Origin: an uncultured Paraprevotella sp.
Lineage (GTDB): Bacteria > Bacteroidota > Bacteroidia > Bacteroidales > Bacteroidaceae
DNA: 64,000 nt
Assembly (NCBI GenBank): GCA_944320765.1
Contig: CALUIS010000016.1
Span: 2,933 to 66,932 of the forward strand
Direction of reading: 5' to 3'
Shown here piece after piece: positions 17,912 through 29,276 of the stretch (its first letter is position 1; each line of letters opens with the position of its first letter). Both the position numbers and the translations under genes were made by a program. The notes below the pieces were generated by a model. That model ran no database searches and was not told the DNA's origin. It saw only the letters and a list, made by a program, of their open reading frames with translations.

Positions 17912-20080
17912 ATGAGAAAGTTGTTGTGGATGGTATGCATGGGGGCTTTTTGTGCCTCAGGCGCATGGGCGCAGGGGGAGGCTTACAGGAATCCCGCGCT
18001 TTCGCCCGCCGAACGGGCGGACGACTTGTTGGGGCGGCTGACCCTGAAGGAGAAGGTGTCGCTGATGGTCAATTCCTCGCCGGGAGTGGAGCACTTGGGC
18101 ATCAAGCCTTACAACTGGTGGAGCGAGGCCTTGCATGGCGTGGCGCGCAGCGGGCTGGCCACGGTCTATCCCATCACGATGGGGATGGCTTCCTCGTTCG
18201 ATGAGGAGGCGGTGAAGGAGGTGTATGCCACGGTGAGCGACGAGGCCCGCGCCAAATACCACGAGGCGCACCGGCACGGGCGGTTCGGGCAGATGAACGA
18301 GGGGCTGACGTTCTGGACGCCCAACGTGAACATCTTCCGCGACCCGCGCTGGGGAAGGGGACAGGAGACCTGGGGGGAAGACCCTTGGCTGACCGCCCGT
18401 ATGGGGGTGGCCGTGGTGGAAGGCCTCCAGGGGCCGCGGGACGCGAAGTACGACAAGCTCCACGCCTGTGCCAAGCATTATGCCGTGCATAGCGGCCCGG
18501 AGTCCAAGCGGCACTATTTCAACGTGGAGCATCTGGACCCGAGGGATTTGTGGGAGACCTACCTGCCTGCCTTCAAGGCGTTGGTGCAGGAGGCCGACGT
18601 GAAGGAGGTCATGTGCGCCTACCAGCGTTTCGAGGGGGAGCCTTGCTGCGGGAGCAACCGCCTGCTGGCCCAGATTCTCCGGAACGAATGGGGATACAAA
18701 TATCTGGTGGTGAGCGACTGCGGGGCTATCGGGGACTTCTACCATAAGGGACTGCACGGGACGCATCCTGATGCGGCAAGTGCCAGCGCGTCCGCCGTGG
18801 CGAACGGCACGGATCTGGAGTGCGGGTGGGGCGACTACCTGCAGCTGGAGGAGGCCGTGGCGCGGGGATTGATTGCGGAAGAACGCGTCGACGCCAGCCT
18901 GCGCCGTCTGCTGGAGGCGCGTTTCGCCTTGGGCGAGATGGACCCGGACTCCATCGTGCCGTGGAGCCGCATCGGCATCGACACGGTGGATTGCGCCACG
19001 CACCGGCGGTTGGCCTTGGAGATGGCCCGCAAGTCGATGGTGCTGCTCCACAACGACGGGGTGCTGCCGTTGGACAAAGAGGCGGAGGGGCTGGTCGTGA
19101 TGGGGCCGAATGCCGTGGATTCCGTCATGCAATGGGGGAACTACGAGGGGACGCCTTCGCATACTTGCACGGTGCTGGACGGCATCCGTGAACGGTTGGG
19201 GGCGGATGTGCCGTATGAGAAAGGGTGCGGGCTGCTGGACAACGAGGTGTCGGCGGCGGAAGTGGTGGGACGCGTGCGGGATGCCGGGACGGTGGTGTTC
19301 GTGGGCGGTATCTCCCCGGCCTTGGAAGGGGAGGAGAAGAACGATGTCCACCGCCCGGGCTTTGCCGGAGGCGACCGCACGTCCATCGAGCTGCCGCAGG
19401 TGCAGCGTGATATTTTGCGGACCTTGAAGGAAGCCGGAAAGAAGGTGATTTTCGTCAACTGTTCGGGATCGGCCATGGCGCTGGTGCCGGAGTTGGAATC
19501 ATGCGATGCCATCTTGCAGGCGTGGTATCCGGGGCAGGCCGGCGGGCTTGCCGTGGCGGACGTGCTTTTCGGCGATTACAACCCCGGCGGGAAATTGCCG
19601 GTGACGTTCTACAAGAATACGGGGCAGTTGCCGGACTTCGAGGACTACAGCATGAAGGGGCGCACGTACCGCTACATGACGGAGCGTCCTTTGTTCCCCT
19701 TCGGGTACGGGTTGAGTTACACGACGTTCAAGATTTCACAAGGCCGGTTGGACCGCACGTCCGTAAAGGCCGGACAGGAGGTGACGTTCAGGGTGAACGT
19801 GGAGAACACCGGGGAGCGGGACGGCGCGGAGGTGGTGCAGGTGTATGTCCGGAAGGAGGGCGATGCCGGCGGCCCGCTGAAGAGCCTGCGCGGTTTCCGC
19901 CGCGTGGAGCTGAAGGCCGGGGAGTCCCGCGAGGTGGTCGTGCCTTTGCCGGCCGGGGCTTTCGAGTTCTTCAGCCCCGCCACCAACACCATGGAGGTGG
20001 AACCCGGCGAGTACGAGGTGCTGTATGGCAACAGTTCTGATACGCCGGAAGAAAACCGCCTGACGGTAGAGTTGCTGTAA
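17912..20080 (+). CDS. GH3 beta-xylosidase/glucosidase with C-terminal Fn3-like domain
   Basis: WWSEALHG, FWTPNVNIFRDPRWGRGQETWGEDP, CAKHYAVH, VVSDCGAI and LFPFGYGLSYT. Confidence 0.92.
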   Translation: MRKLLWMVCMGAFCASGAWAQGEAYRNPALSPAERADDLLGRLTLKEKVSLMVNSSPGVEHLGIKPYNWWSEALHGVARSGLATVYPITMGMASSFDEEAVKEVYATVSDEARAKYHEAHRHGRFGQMNEGLTFWTPNVNIFRDPRWGRGQETWGEDPWLTARMGVAVVEGLQGPRDAKYDKLHACAKHYAVHSGPESKRHYFNVEHLDPRDLWETYLPAFKALVQEADVKEVMCAYQRFEGEPCCGSNRLLAQILRNEWGYKYLVVSDCGAIGDFYHKGLHGTHPDAASASASAVANGTDLECGWGDYLQLEEAVARGLIAEERVDASLRRLLEARFALGEMDPDSIVPWSRIGIDTVDCATHRRLALEMARKSMVLLHNDGVLPLDKEAEGLVVMGPNAVDSVMQWGNYEGTPSHTCTVLDGIRERLGADVPYEKGCGLLDNEVSAAEVVGRVRDAGTVVFVGGISPALEGEEKNDVHRPGFAGGDRTSIELPQVQRDILRTLKEAGKKVIFVNCSGSAMALVPELESCDAILQAWYPGQAGGLAVADVLFGDYNPGGKLPVTFYKNTGQLPDFEDYSMKGRTYRYMTERPLFPFGYGLSYTTFKISQGRLDRTSVKAGQEVTFRVNVENTGERDGAEVVQVYVRKEGDAGGPLKSLRGFRRVELKAGESREVVVPLPAGAFEFFSPATNTMEVEPGEYEVLYGNSSDTPEENRLTVELL

Positions 20081-20111
20081 GGAAATGATTTGAGAATATG
20101 ACAATGAGGGT

Positions 20112-20161
20112 GTAGCAAAATGAGTTCCTCCACTGCAAGGCGGAGGAACTCATTTTGCTAC
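20112..20161. terminator. Perfect 20-bp inverted repeat between convergent genes (probable bidirectional terminator)
   Basis: GTAGCAAAATGAGTTCCTCC-10 nt-GGAGGAACTCATTTTGCTAC. Confidence 0.7.
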
Positions 20162-20198
20162 TTATTTTGATGCGACCTCTTATTATGTTAGGGATTCC

Positions 20199-22466
20199 TT
20201 ATTTCTTCAGGTCTTCCCACTTCGGGGGGCGTACGCCCATCAGTTCTTCCACGAAGAAGTCGAAGCGCTTGTGTTCGCCGAAGCTCTCGCCCATCGTGTG
20301 GGCGGCCCCGGGCAGCACGACCAGCTCGAAGTCCTTGCCTGCCTTGATGAGGGCGTTGGCCACCTGCAGGGTGGAGGCTGGGTCCACGTTGTCGTCCATC
20401 TCGCCCACCACGAGCATGAGCGGGCGGGTCAGCCGCCAGGCGTTCTCCACGTTGGAGCATTCGACGTAGCTGCTGTCCACGGGGTAGCCCATCCACTGCT
20501 CGTTCCACCAGATTTTGTCCATGCGGTTGTCGTGGCAGCCGCAGCTGGAGTAGGCCGCCTTGTAGAATTCGGGGTGGAAGAGCACGGCGGCCATGGATTC
20601 CTGCCCGCCGGCCGAGCAGCCGTAGATGCCCACGCGGGTGGTGTCCATGCAGGGATATTTTTCCGCTGCGGCCTTGATCCATTGGATACGGTCGGGGAAT
20701 CCGGCGTCCTTCAGGTTCTTGTAGCAAACCTCCTCGAACTTCTTCCCCCGGTAGGAGGTGCCCATGGCGTCCAGCTGCACCACGATGAAGCCCAGTTCGG
20801 CCAGCGCGGTGGTGTAGCCGTTGTAGGGGAGGAAGCTCTTGGGCGTGTAGGCGTCGCCGGGGCCGGAATAGATGTACTCGATGACGGGGTATTTCTTTTG
20901 CGGGTCGAAGTTCGTGGGCCGCTGGATGATGCCCCACATCGGGGTCTTGCCGTCGCGCCCGGGGGCCGTGAAGATTTCCGGGGCCACCCATCCGGCGGAC
21001 CGGATCTGGCTGAGGTCGGCCTGGGCCAAAGTCTGGGGCTGGCCGCCGTCCGTGCTGCGGAGGACGGTGACGGGGGCGCGTTCCACGGTGGAGTATTTGT
21101 CGACGAGTAGGGTGTAGTCCTCGTTGAACACGGCGGAGTGGTTGCCTTCCTCCGGCGTGAGGCAGACCATGTCCTTGCCGTCGAAGCCTATCTTGTAATA
21201 GTGTACGTGGTAGGGGTCTTCCCCGGGATTGACGCCGCTGGCCGTGAAGTAGATGGTCCGGCGTTCCTCGTCCACCTTGAGCACGCGGCGCACCACCCAT
21301 TCGCCTTTCGTGATTTGGCGTTCCACCTTGCCCCGTTCCAGGTCTATCATGTACAAGTGGTTCCAGTTGTCGCGCTCGCTCATCCAGATCATCCGTCGGT
21401 CACCGTCGAGCTTGTGGCGGAACATCCGCTGGTGGTTGACGAACGTGGGGCTGGTTTCTTCCACGAGTGTGCGCACGTGGCCGGTCTCGGCGTCCAGCTC
21501 CAGCACGCGGTACGTCTTGTGGCCCCGCTCGTTGTACTCGAAGGTCAGCGTGCGGCTGTCGGCGTTCCATTCCGGCCCGAACAGGTCATACTGGCGGGCG
21601 AAGAGTTCCGTGGAGGGGATGGTAGCCTTGCCGGTCTCCACGTTGAACGCGCAGGGCACCTTGAAGCGCAGCTCGTCGCCCGGCTTGGCGTACTCCTGCT
21701 GGTGCAGGACGGGCTGGAGCTGGTTCTTGGGCGAGCTTTCCACGTAGTAGACGTAGCGTTTCTGTGCCGGGCGGATTTTGTTGGTGGCCACGTGGCGGCT
21801 GTCCGGGCTCCATCTGATCCAGCTGGAGTAGTAGTTGCCCACCGTGCCGTCGTTGCTGAGGGCGCGTTCGTGGCTGCCGTCGCGGTGGCTGACGTACACG
21901 TTGTCGTTCTTGATGTAGGCCTGCAGCTTGCCGTCCGGCGAGACGACCGGACCGGCCCCCTTCTCGTCGTCCACCTCCATCCAGTGGCGGGGCTTGTGCC
22001 AGGGGGCTTTCTTTATCTCTTCCTTACGGTCCGTTTGCGGATGGCTTCCGAAGGCGTCCCGGATGTTCCAGCGGTATCCCCCGAACTCGAAGGAGACGGT
22101 GGCGGAGTCCGCGCCGAATGCGGAGAGGCGGAGGTTTTTCCGTTGGATGTCCTTTCCGGTCTCGCGGGCCAGCAGTCCGGACAGGGCTTCCATGTCCACG
22201 GCCTTCACCTCAGCCTGAACGTTGCCATCGGAGGTCTGCCCCACGTAGTAGGTGATGCCTTCCGGGGTGTAGGCGGAATAGTGGAACACGCGGTTGCCGT
22301 TCCAGCGGATATCCGCCGGGTCGTCGTACACTTGCGTGGCGTTGAACTTGCCGTAAAGGGAGTAGGCCCGTTGGTAGTCCTCCAGCGTGCCTTGGGCGTG
22401 CAAGTTCATGGCACTAAGGAACAAAGCCTGAAGGATCAGGCCTTTGGTTAAGGTCTTGCAGTTCAT
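20199..22466 (-). CDS. S9-family (DPP IV-like) peptidase
   Basis: Signal peptide (LHA-Q), propeller repeats, YSGPG, nucleophile motif GIYGCSAGG, GEMDDNVDP and GAAH. Confidence 0.85.
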   Translation of the reverse strand: MNCKTLTKGLILQALFLSAMNLHAQGTLEDYQRAYSLYGKFNATQVYDDPADIRWNGNRVFHYSAYTPEGITYYVGQTSDGNVQAEVKAVDMEALSGLLARETGKDIQRKNLRLSAFGADSATVSFEFGGYRWNIRDAFGSHPQTDRKEEIKKAPWHKPRHWMEVDDEKGAGPVVSPDGKLQAYIKNDNVYVSHRDGSHERALSNDGTVGNYYSSWIRWSPDSRHVATNKIRPAQKRYVYYVESSPKNQLQPVLHQQEYAKPGDELRFKVPCAFNVETGKATIPSTELFARQYDLFGPEWNADSRTLTFEYNERGHKTYRVLELDAETGHVRTLVEETSPTFVNHQRMFRHKLDGDRRMIWMSERDNWNHLYMIDLERGKVERQITKGEWVVRRVLKVDEERRTIYFTASGVNPGEDPYHVHYYKIGFDGKDMVCLTPEEGNHSAVFNEDYTLLVDKYSTVERAPVTVLRSTDGGQPQTLAQADLSQIRSAGWVAPEIFTAPGRDGKTPMWGIIQRPTNFDPQKKYPVIEYIYSGPGDAYTPKSFLPYNGYTTALAELGFIVVQLDAMGTSYRGKKFEEVCYKNLKDAGFPDRIQWIKAAAEKYPCMDTTRVGIYGCSAGGQESMAAVLFHPEFYKAAYSSCGCHDNRMDKIWWNEQWMGYPVDSSYVECSNVENAWRLTRPLMLVVGEMDDNVDPASTLQVANALIKAGKDFELVVLPGAAHTMGESFGEHKRFDFFVEELMGVRPPKWEDLKK

Positions 22467-22484
22467 CTTTTATAGGTTTTTTCA

Positions 22485-23984
22485 TTAGTTCTTTTGCCGG
22501 GCCGGACGGGCTTCCGTGTCGCGGATGAGGGTGGCGAACTCCTGCGGCGACACCTCCACCGGGCCGCTCATGAACTCGGGGATGTTGTAGCTGCGCATGA
22601 AACTGCGGTGCATGTCCGGGTCGTCCTGCGGCAGCTCGAACGGCTTGCGCCCCTTTCCGTCCTTGTCGATGTAGGCGATGAAGGGGCGGGTGTAGTTGCC
22701 GTCGTTCCTGCGGCTGCTGAACACGATCCAGCGTCCGTTGCTGCTCCACATGCCTTGGCTCTCAGAGTCGGGCGAGTTGGCTTCTGCCAGGGGACGTGCC
22801 TGCCGCGTGCGCAAGTCCATCAGGTACAGGTCGGCGTCTTTGTGCCAGATGTGGAACACCCCGTATCCGCCCAAGGCGAAGAGGAGGAAACGTCCGTCCG
22901 GCGAGACGCGTGGCATGGTGGCGCTTTTGTTGAGGCCGGCGGCATCGAAGACCAGTTCCGCCGGCCCTACTTCGCGGGTCGCGGGGTCGAAGCTCCGGCG
23001 GTAGAGGTCGTATTTGATGTCCTTGTATCGCGCGATGGTCTCGCTCGTCAGGTCGGCGGCCGTGTCGGTCTGCGCGAAGCGGGCCGAGGCGTAATAGAGG
23101 TGACGGCCGTCCGGGCTCCATCGCGGGAAGACTTCCAGCTCGTCCGGGTCGCCTTTGATGCGGGTCACTTCGTTGCGGTCCACGTCGTAGAGTATCAGAT
23201 CGCTCCGGGTGTCCTGCACTTCCACCTTCTGCAGGTCCAGGGTGTGGAAGGTCTGCCCGGTCTGGTTCACGGAGTAAGCGATGATTTTTTCCGTGGGATG
23301 CCAGTTGGGGTAGACGCCGGCCGAAATCAGCGAGTCGGTCTTGAGGTTCACCTTGGCCAGCTGCCCGTCGTAGGCGATGACCGTGCCGCCCATGTCCTCC
23401 CGCACGTGGAACTGCATACGGGCCGGGTTGTAGTTCTGGTAGGAGTGGCAGTTGATGCACTGGGCGTGTTCCACGTCCGTGTTGATCATGTTGCCGTAGA
23501 TGACGCTTTCGTCAAAGTTGGTCAGGTTCCGCTGGTTCAGGGTCAGGTCCTTGTAGGTGACGTAGGACGGGCTGATGAGGCGGTAGGAGAGGTAAGGGTC
23601 GATGGGTTCTTCGGCCACGTGGAAGGTGAAGGGGCGGCGGCGTGTCCACTTGCCGTCGTGTTCCACGAACACTTCCACCCGCAGGTCTTTTCCTTTGGCG
23701 GTGGCCAGCATTTTTTGCCAACGGCCCACGCCGGGAGTGACTTCACGGTCGTCCGTGGCCCATTCCCCGCCGGGGTAGCTGATGCGTGTCACGTAACGGT
23801 CCGCCGTCTCGTCCACGATGAAATGCAGGGGTGCGATGTTCGGCGGGATGGTCACGCCGGCATAGTCCGGATAGATGTCCGGCAGGTCCCGGCTTTCCGT
23901 GTAAGTGTCCGGCACCTTGGGGGTGCAGCTGAAGAAGAGGGCGGACAACAGTCCGTAAGTGATGGTCTTGGCAATGGCTTTCAT
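22485..23984 (-). CDS. TolB/PD40-like beta-propeller lipoprotein containing a CxxCH motif
   Basis: Lipobox LFFSC; repeats YPNWHP, FPRWSPDG, MPRVSPDG and WSSNGRWIVFSSRR; CINCH at nt 23445-23459. Confidence 0.8.
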   Translation of the reverse strand: MKAIAKTITYGLLSALFFSCTPKVPDTYTESRDLPDIYPDYAGVTIPPNIAPLHFIVDETADRYVTRISYPGGEWATDDREVTPGVGRWQKMLATAKGKDLRVEVFVEHDGKWTRRRPFTFHVAEEPIDPYLSYRLISPSYVTYKDLTLNQRNLTNFDESVIYGNMINTDVEHAQCINCHSYQNYNPARMQFHVREDMGGTVIAYDGQLAKVNLKTDSLISAGVYPNWHPTEKIIAYSVNQTGQTFHTLDLQKVEVQDTRSDLILYDVDRNEVTRIKGDPDELEVFPRWSPDGRHLYYASARFAQTDTAADLTSETIARYKDIKYDLYRRSFDPATREVGPAELVFDAAGLNKSATMPRVSPDGRFLLFALGGYGVFHIWHKDADLYLMDLRTRQARPLAEANSPDSESQGMWSSNGRWIVFSSRRNDGNYTRPFIAYIDKDGKGRKPFELPQDDPDMHRSFMRSYNIPEFMSGPVEVSPQEFATLIRDTEARPARQKN

Positions 23985-23987
23985 GTG

Positions 23988-25931
23988 TTAATAGGTTTGC
24001 AGTCCGTTGACTAAGAAATAGAAATAATAGAATGTGTCGCCGAATTGCGGGCGGAAGGCGATAGCCATCTGGTCTTCCGTCATGCCGGCGCATTGCTGGG
24101 TGAACTCCATGAAGCGGCGGTAGCTGTCCTTCACCTCCTGGTCGAACGGCATGTGGCTGATGTCCACCTGATGCTCCAGATGGCCGTACAGGTAGGCCGC
24201 CTCCTGGTAATGGCGCGGCATGTGTTCGCCCTGGTGCAGCGTGGCATACTGGAAGAAGCGGGGCCAGAACAAGGCGATGTCCTTCATCTGGAGGGCGGCG
24301 ATGAGGGTCTGCTCCTGGAAGAGCGGGTCGCGGCTTTCGCTGTTCGCGAAGGTTCGGAGCAGGTACATCTCGATGACGCTCAGGTCGGAACTGAGCTGGT
24401 CTTGCGCGGGAAGAAGCCGCACGACGGGGCCGAACTCCGTGCTTTCCCTGATGCGTTCCGGATGGTCAAGGTAAGCACTGTATTTTTTTGCCCACTCTTT
24501 CTGGAAGAGGGTGCGGCCCAGCATGTCGATGTATTTGCGGGCCACCTCGTGGTCTCCGTTGGCGATGGAGGCCTTGGCCATGTATTTCAGGTATTCGGTG
24601 CGCCATCCGTAGACTACGCCGTCTTCGATACACCAACGGTAGCAGTAGTTTTCCTGCCCGTAATGGAAGTACAAGGCTTTTCCGCCCACGTGGGCCAGCC
24701 GCACGAGGAACGGGGCGTCGGGGCGTGCGCCGCCTTCGCGGTAGCGGAACATCTCGTCGCCCGCACGGCCCAGGCGGAACAAGGCCAGGTTCTTGTTCAT
24801 CACCATCAGGCGGGTAGGCTCTTCTTCCGCGCCCAGGAAAATGGCGGGGATGCTTTCCCAGTCCTCCTCTTCTATGGCGCGGGCCATGAGCAGCTCGCGG
24901 CGGAAGTTGTCGTTGGTGTACCATGCTTTCTGGAGGCCCCATGCCGTCGCGGCCAGCAAGAGGACATGGAGGGCCGCGATGCTCCAGGGGCCGGGCTTGG
25001 CCGGCTTGTAGTCGTAGAGCGCGGCGCCCATGAGGGGGATGGCGAACAATATATAATAAGGTATGCGGTAGGAACCGAACACTTCGCCGGCCGCGTCAAA
25101 GCTGGGCAGCGCGGCGGTGTAGATGGCCGAGATGTTGGTCTGCGCGTAGAAGTGCCAGGCCACAAGGGGCGTCCCGACCAGCAGGAGCAGGCCGAGGGCC
25201 GTCGGGACAAGGCGGGACTTGTAGGATGCGCCCGGCATCCGCCAGCAGAGCACCGCCATGTAGAACGTTCCGGCCAGGGCATAGGCCCCGAACAGCGGGT
25301 AGCCCGCAAGCGTCCAGACGGCCATCCACGCGTATCCAAGGTACGGGCGGCGGGACAGGCGGCTGAAGCCCCACACCGCCGACAAGGCCAGAAGGATGCC
25401 CAGGCTGGCCACGAAGGCGTAGCCCGGCAGCTTGATGTAGTAGATGAAATAGCCCATCTGCACGATGCCGGCCAAGAGGGCGGCGGGGAGCAGGGGCGTC
25501 AGGATGCTGCCTGCGGCGGACAGCCGGAAGGCGGACCGCGTCACGCCACAAAGGGCCGCCCACAACACGACCAGCAAGGCGACGCCCAACGCCGGATAGT
25601 AGAAGAATTGGGTGAGGAAGCAGGCCATCCATTCCAGCGTGCCGCCCGGGTAGGCCGAAAAGCCGTGATAGAAGGCGGCGTCCGGCAGGAACAGGTTCAG
25701 CTCCTGGATGCGGAACAAAGTCTCCTTTTCGTAGGAGTATAGACAAAATCCCATCACTGCGGGGAGGACGAGGCCGTAGAGCCAAGGAAGCCCTTTCTTC
25801 AGGCGGGCGGCCGACAGTTTTCCGGCGGGACGCGCCGAAGCGGAGGTCTGAGGGTTGTAAGGTTGTGAAAAGTCTGTATTCATGAGTCTCGATTCGTTTT
25901 TTCCATGGGAGATTCGGATTTTTCCCGTCAA
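23988..25931 (-). CDS. DUF6057-like polytopic membrane protein with soluble C-terminal domain
   Basis: QELNLFL...YPGGTLEWMACFLTQFFYYPALG followed by about 8-9 hydrophobic segments. The real start is probably internal (MNTDF). Confidence 0.7.
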   Translation of the reverse strand: MTGKIRISHGKNESRLMNTDFSQPYNPQTSASARPAGKLSAARLKKGLPWLYGLVLPAVMGFCLYSYEKETLFRIQELNLFLPDAAFYHGFSAYPGGTLEWMACFLTQFFYYPALGVALLVVLWAALCGVTRSAFRLSAAGSILTPLLPAALLAGIVQMGYFIYYIKLPGYAFVASLGILLALSAVWGFSRLSRRPYLGYAWMAVWTLAGYPLFGAYALAGTFYMAVLCWRMPGASYKSRLVPTALGLLLLVGTPLVAWHFYAQTNISAIYTAALPSFDAAGEVFGSYRIPYYILFAIPLMGAALYDYKPAKPGPWSIAALHVLLLAATAWGLQKAWYTNDNFRRELLMARAIEEEDWESIPAIFLGAEEEPTRLMVMNKNLALFRLGRAGDEMFRYREGGARPDAPFLVRLAHVGGKALYFHYGQENYCYRWCIEDGVVYGWRTEYLKYMAKASIANGDHEVARKYIDMLGRTLFQKEWAKKYSAYLDHPERIRESTEFGPVVRLLPAQDQLSSDLSVIEMYLLRTFANSESRDPLFQEQTLIAALQMKDIALFWPRFFQYATLHQGEHMPRHYQEAAYLYGHLEHQVDISHMPFDQEVKDSYRRFMEFTQQCAGMTEDQMAIAFRPQFGDTFYYFYFLVNGLQTY

Positions 25932-26039
25932 AGTTAGTGAATCCTATCCACGAAACCGTAATATTTTGAGGAAAACTTAGCCAGCGGTAGGAAAAAACGG
26001 ATAAAATGTCGTATCTTTATTCCGTATTTCCTAATTTAA

Positions 26040-29207
<3,168 letters not shown>

Positions 29208-29220
29208 TAAAGGTGAGGAT

Positions 29221-29257
29221 ATGAAAAAGGCGCGTCCCGACGACGCGCCTTTTTCAT
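29221..29257. terminator. Bidirectional intrinsic terminator
   Basis: ATGAAAAAGGCGCGTC-CCGAC-GACGCGCCTTTTTCAT, a 16-bp perfect stem between convergent genes. Confidence 0.85.
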
Positions 29258-29276
29258 GTCCTTTCAGGATGGGGAT

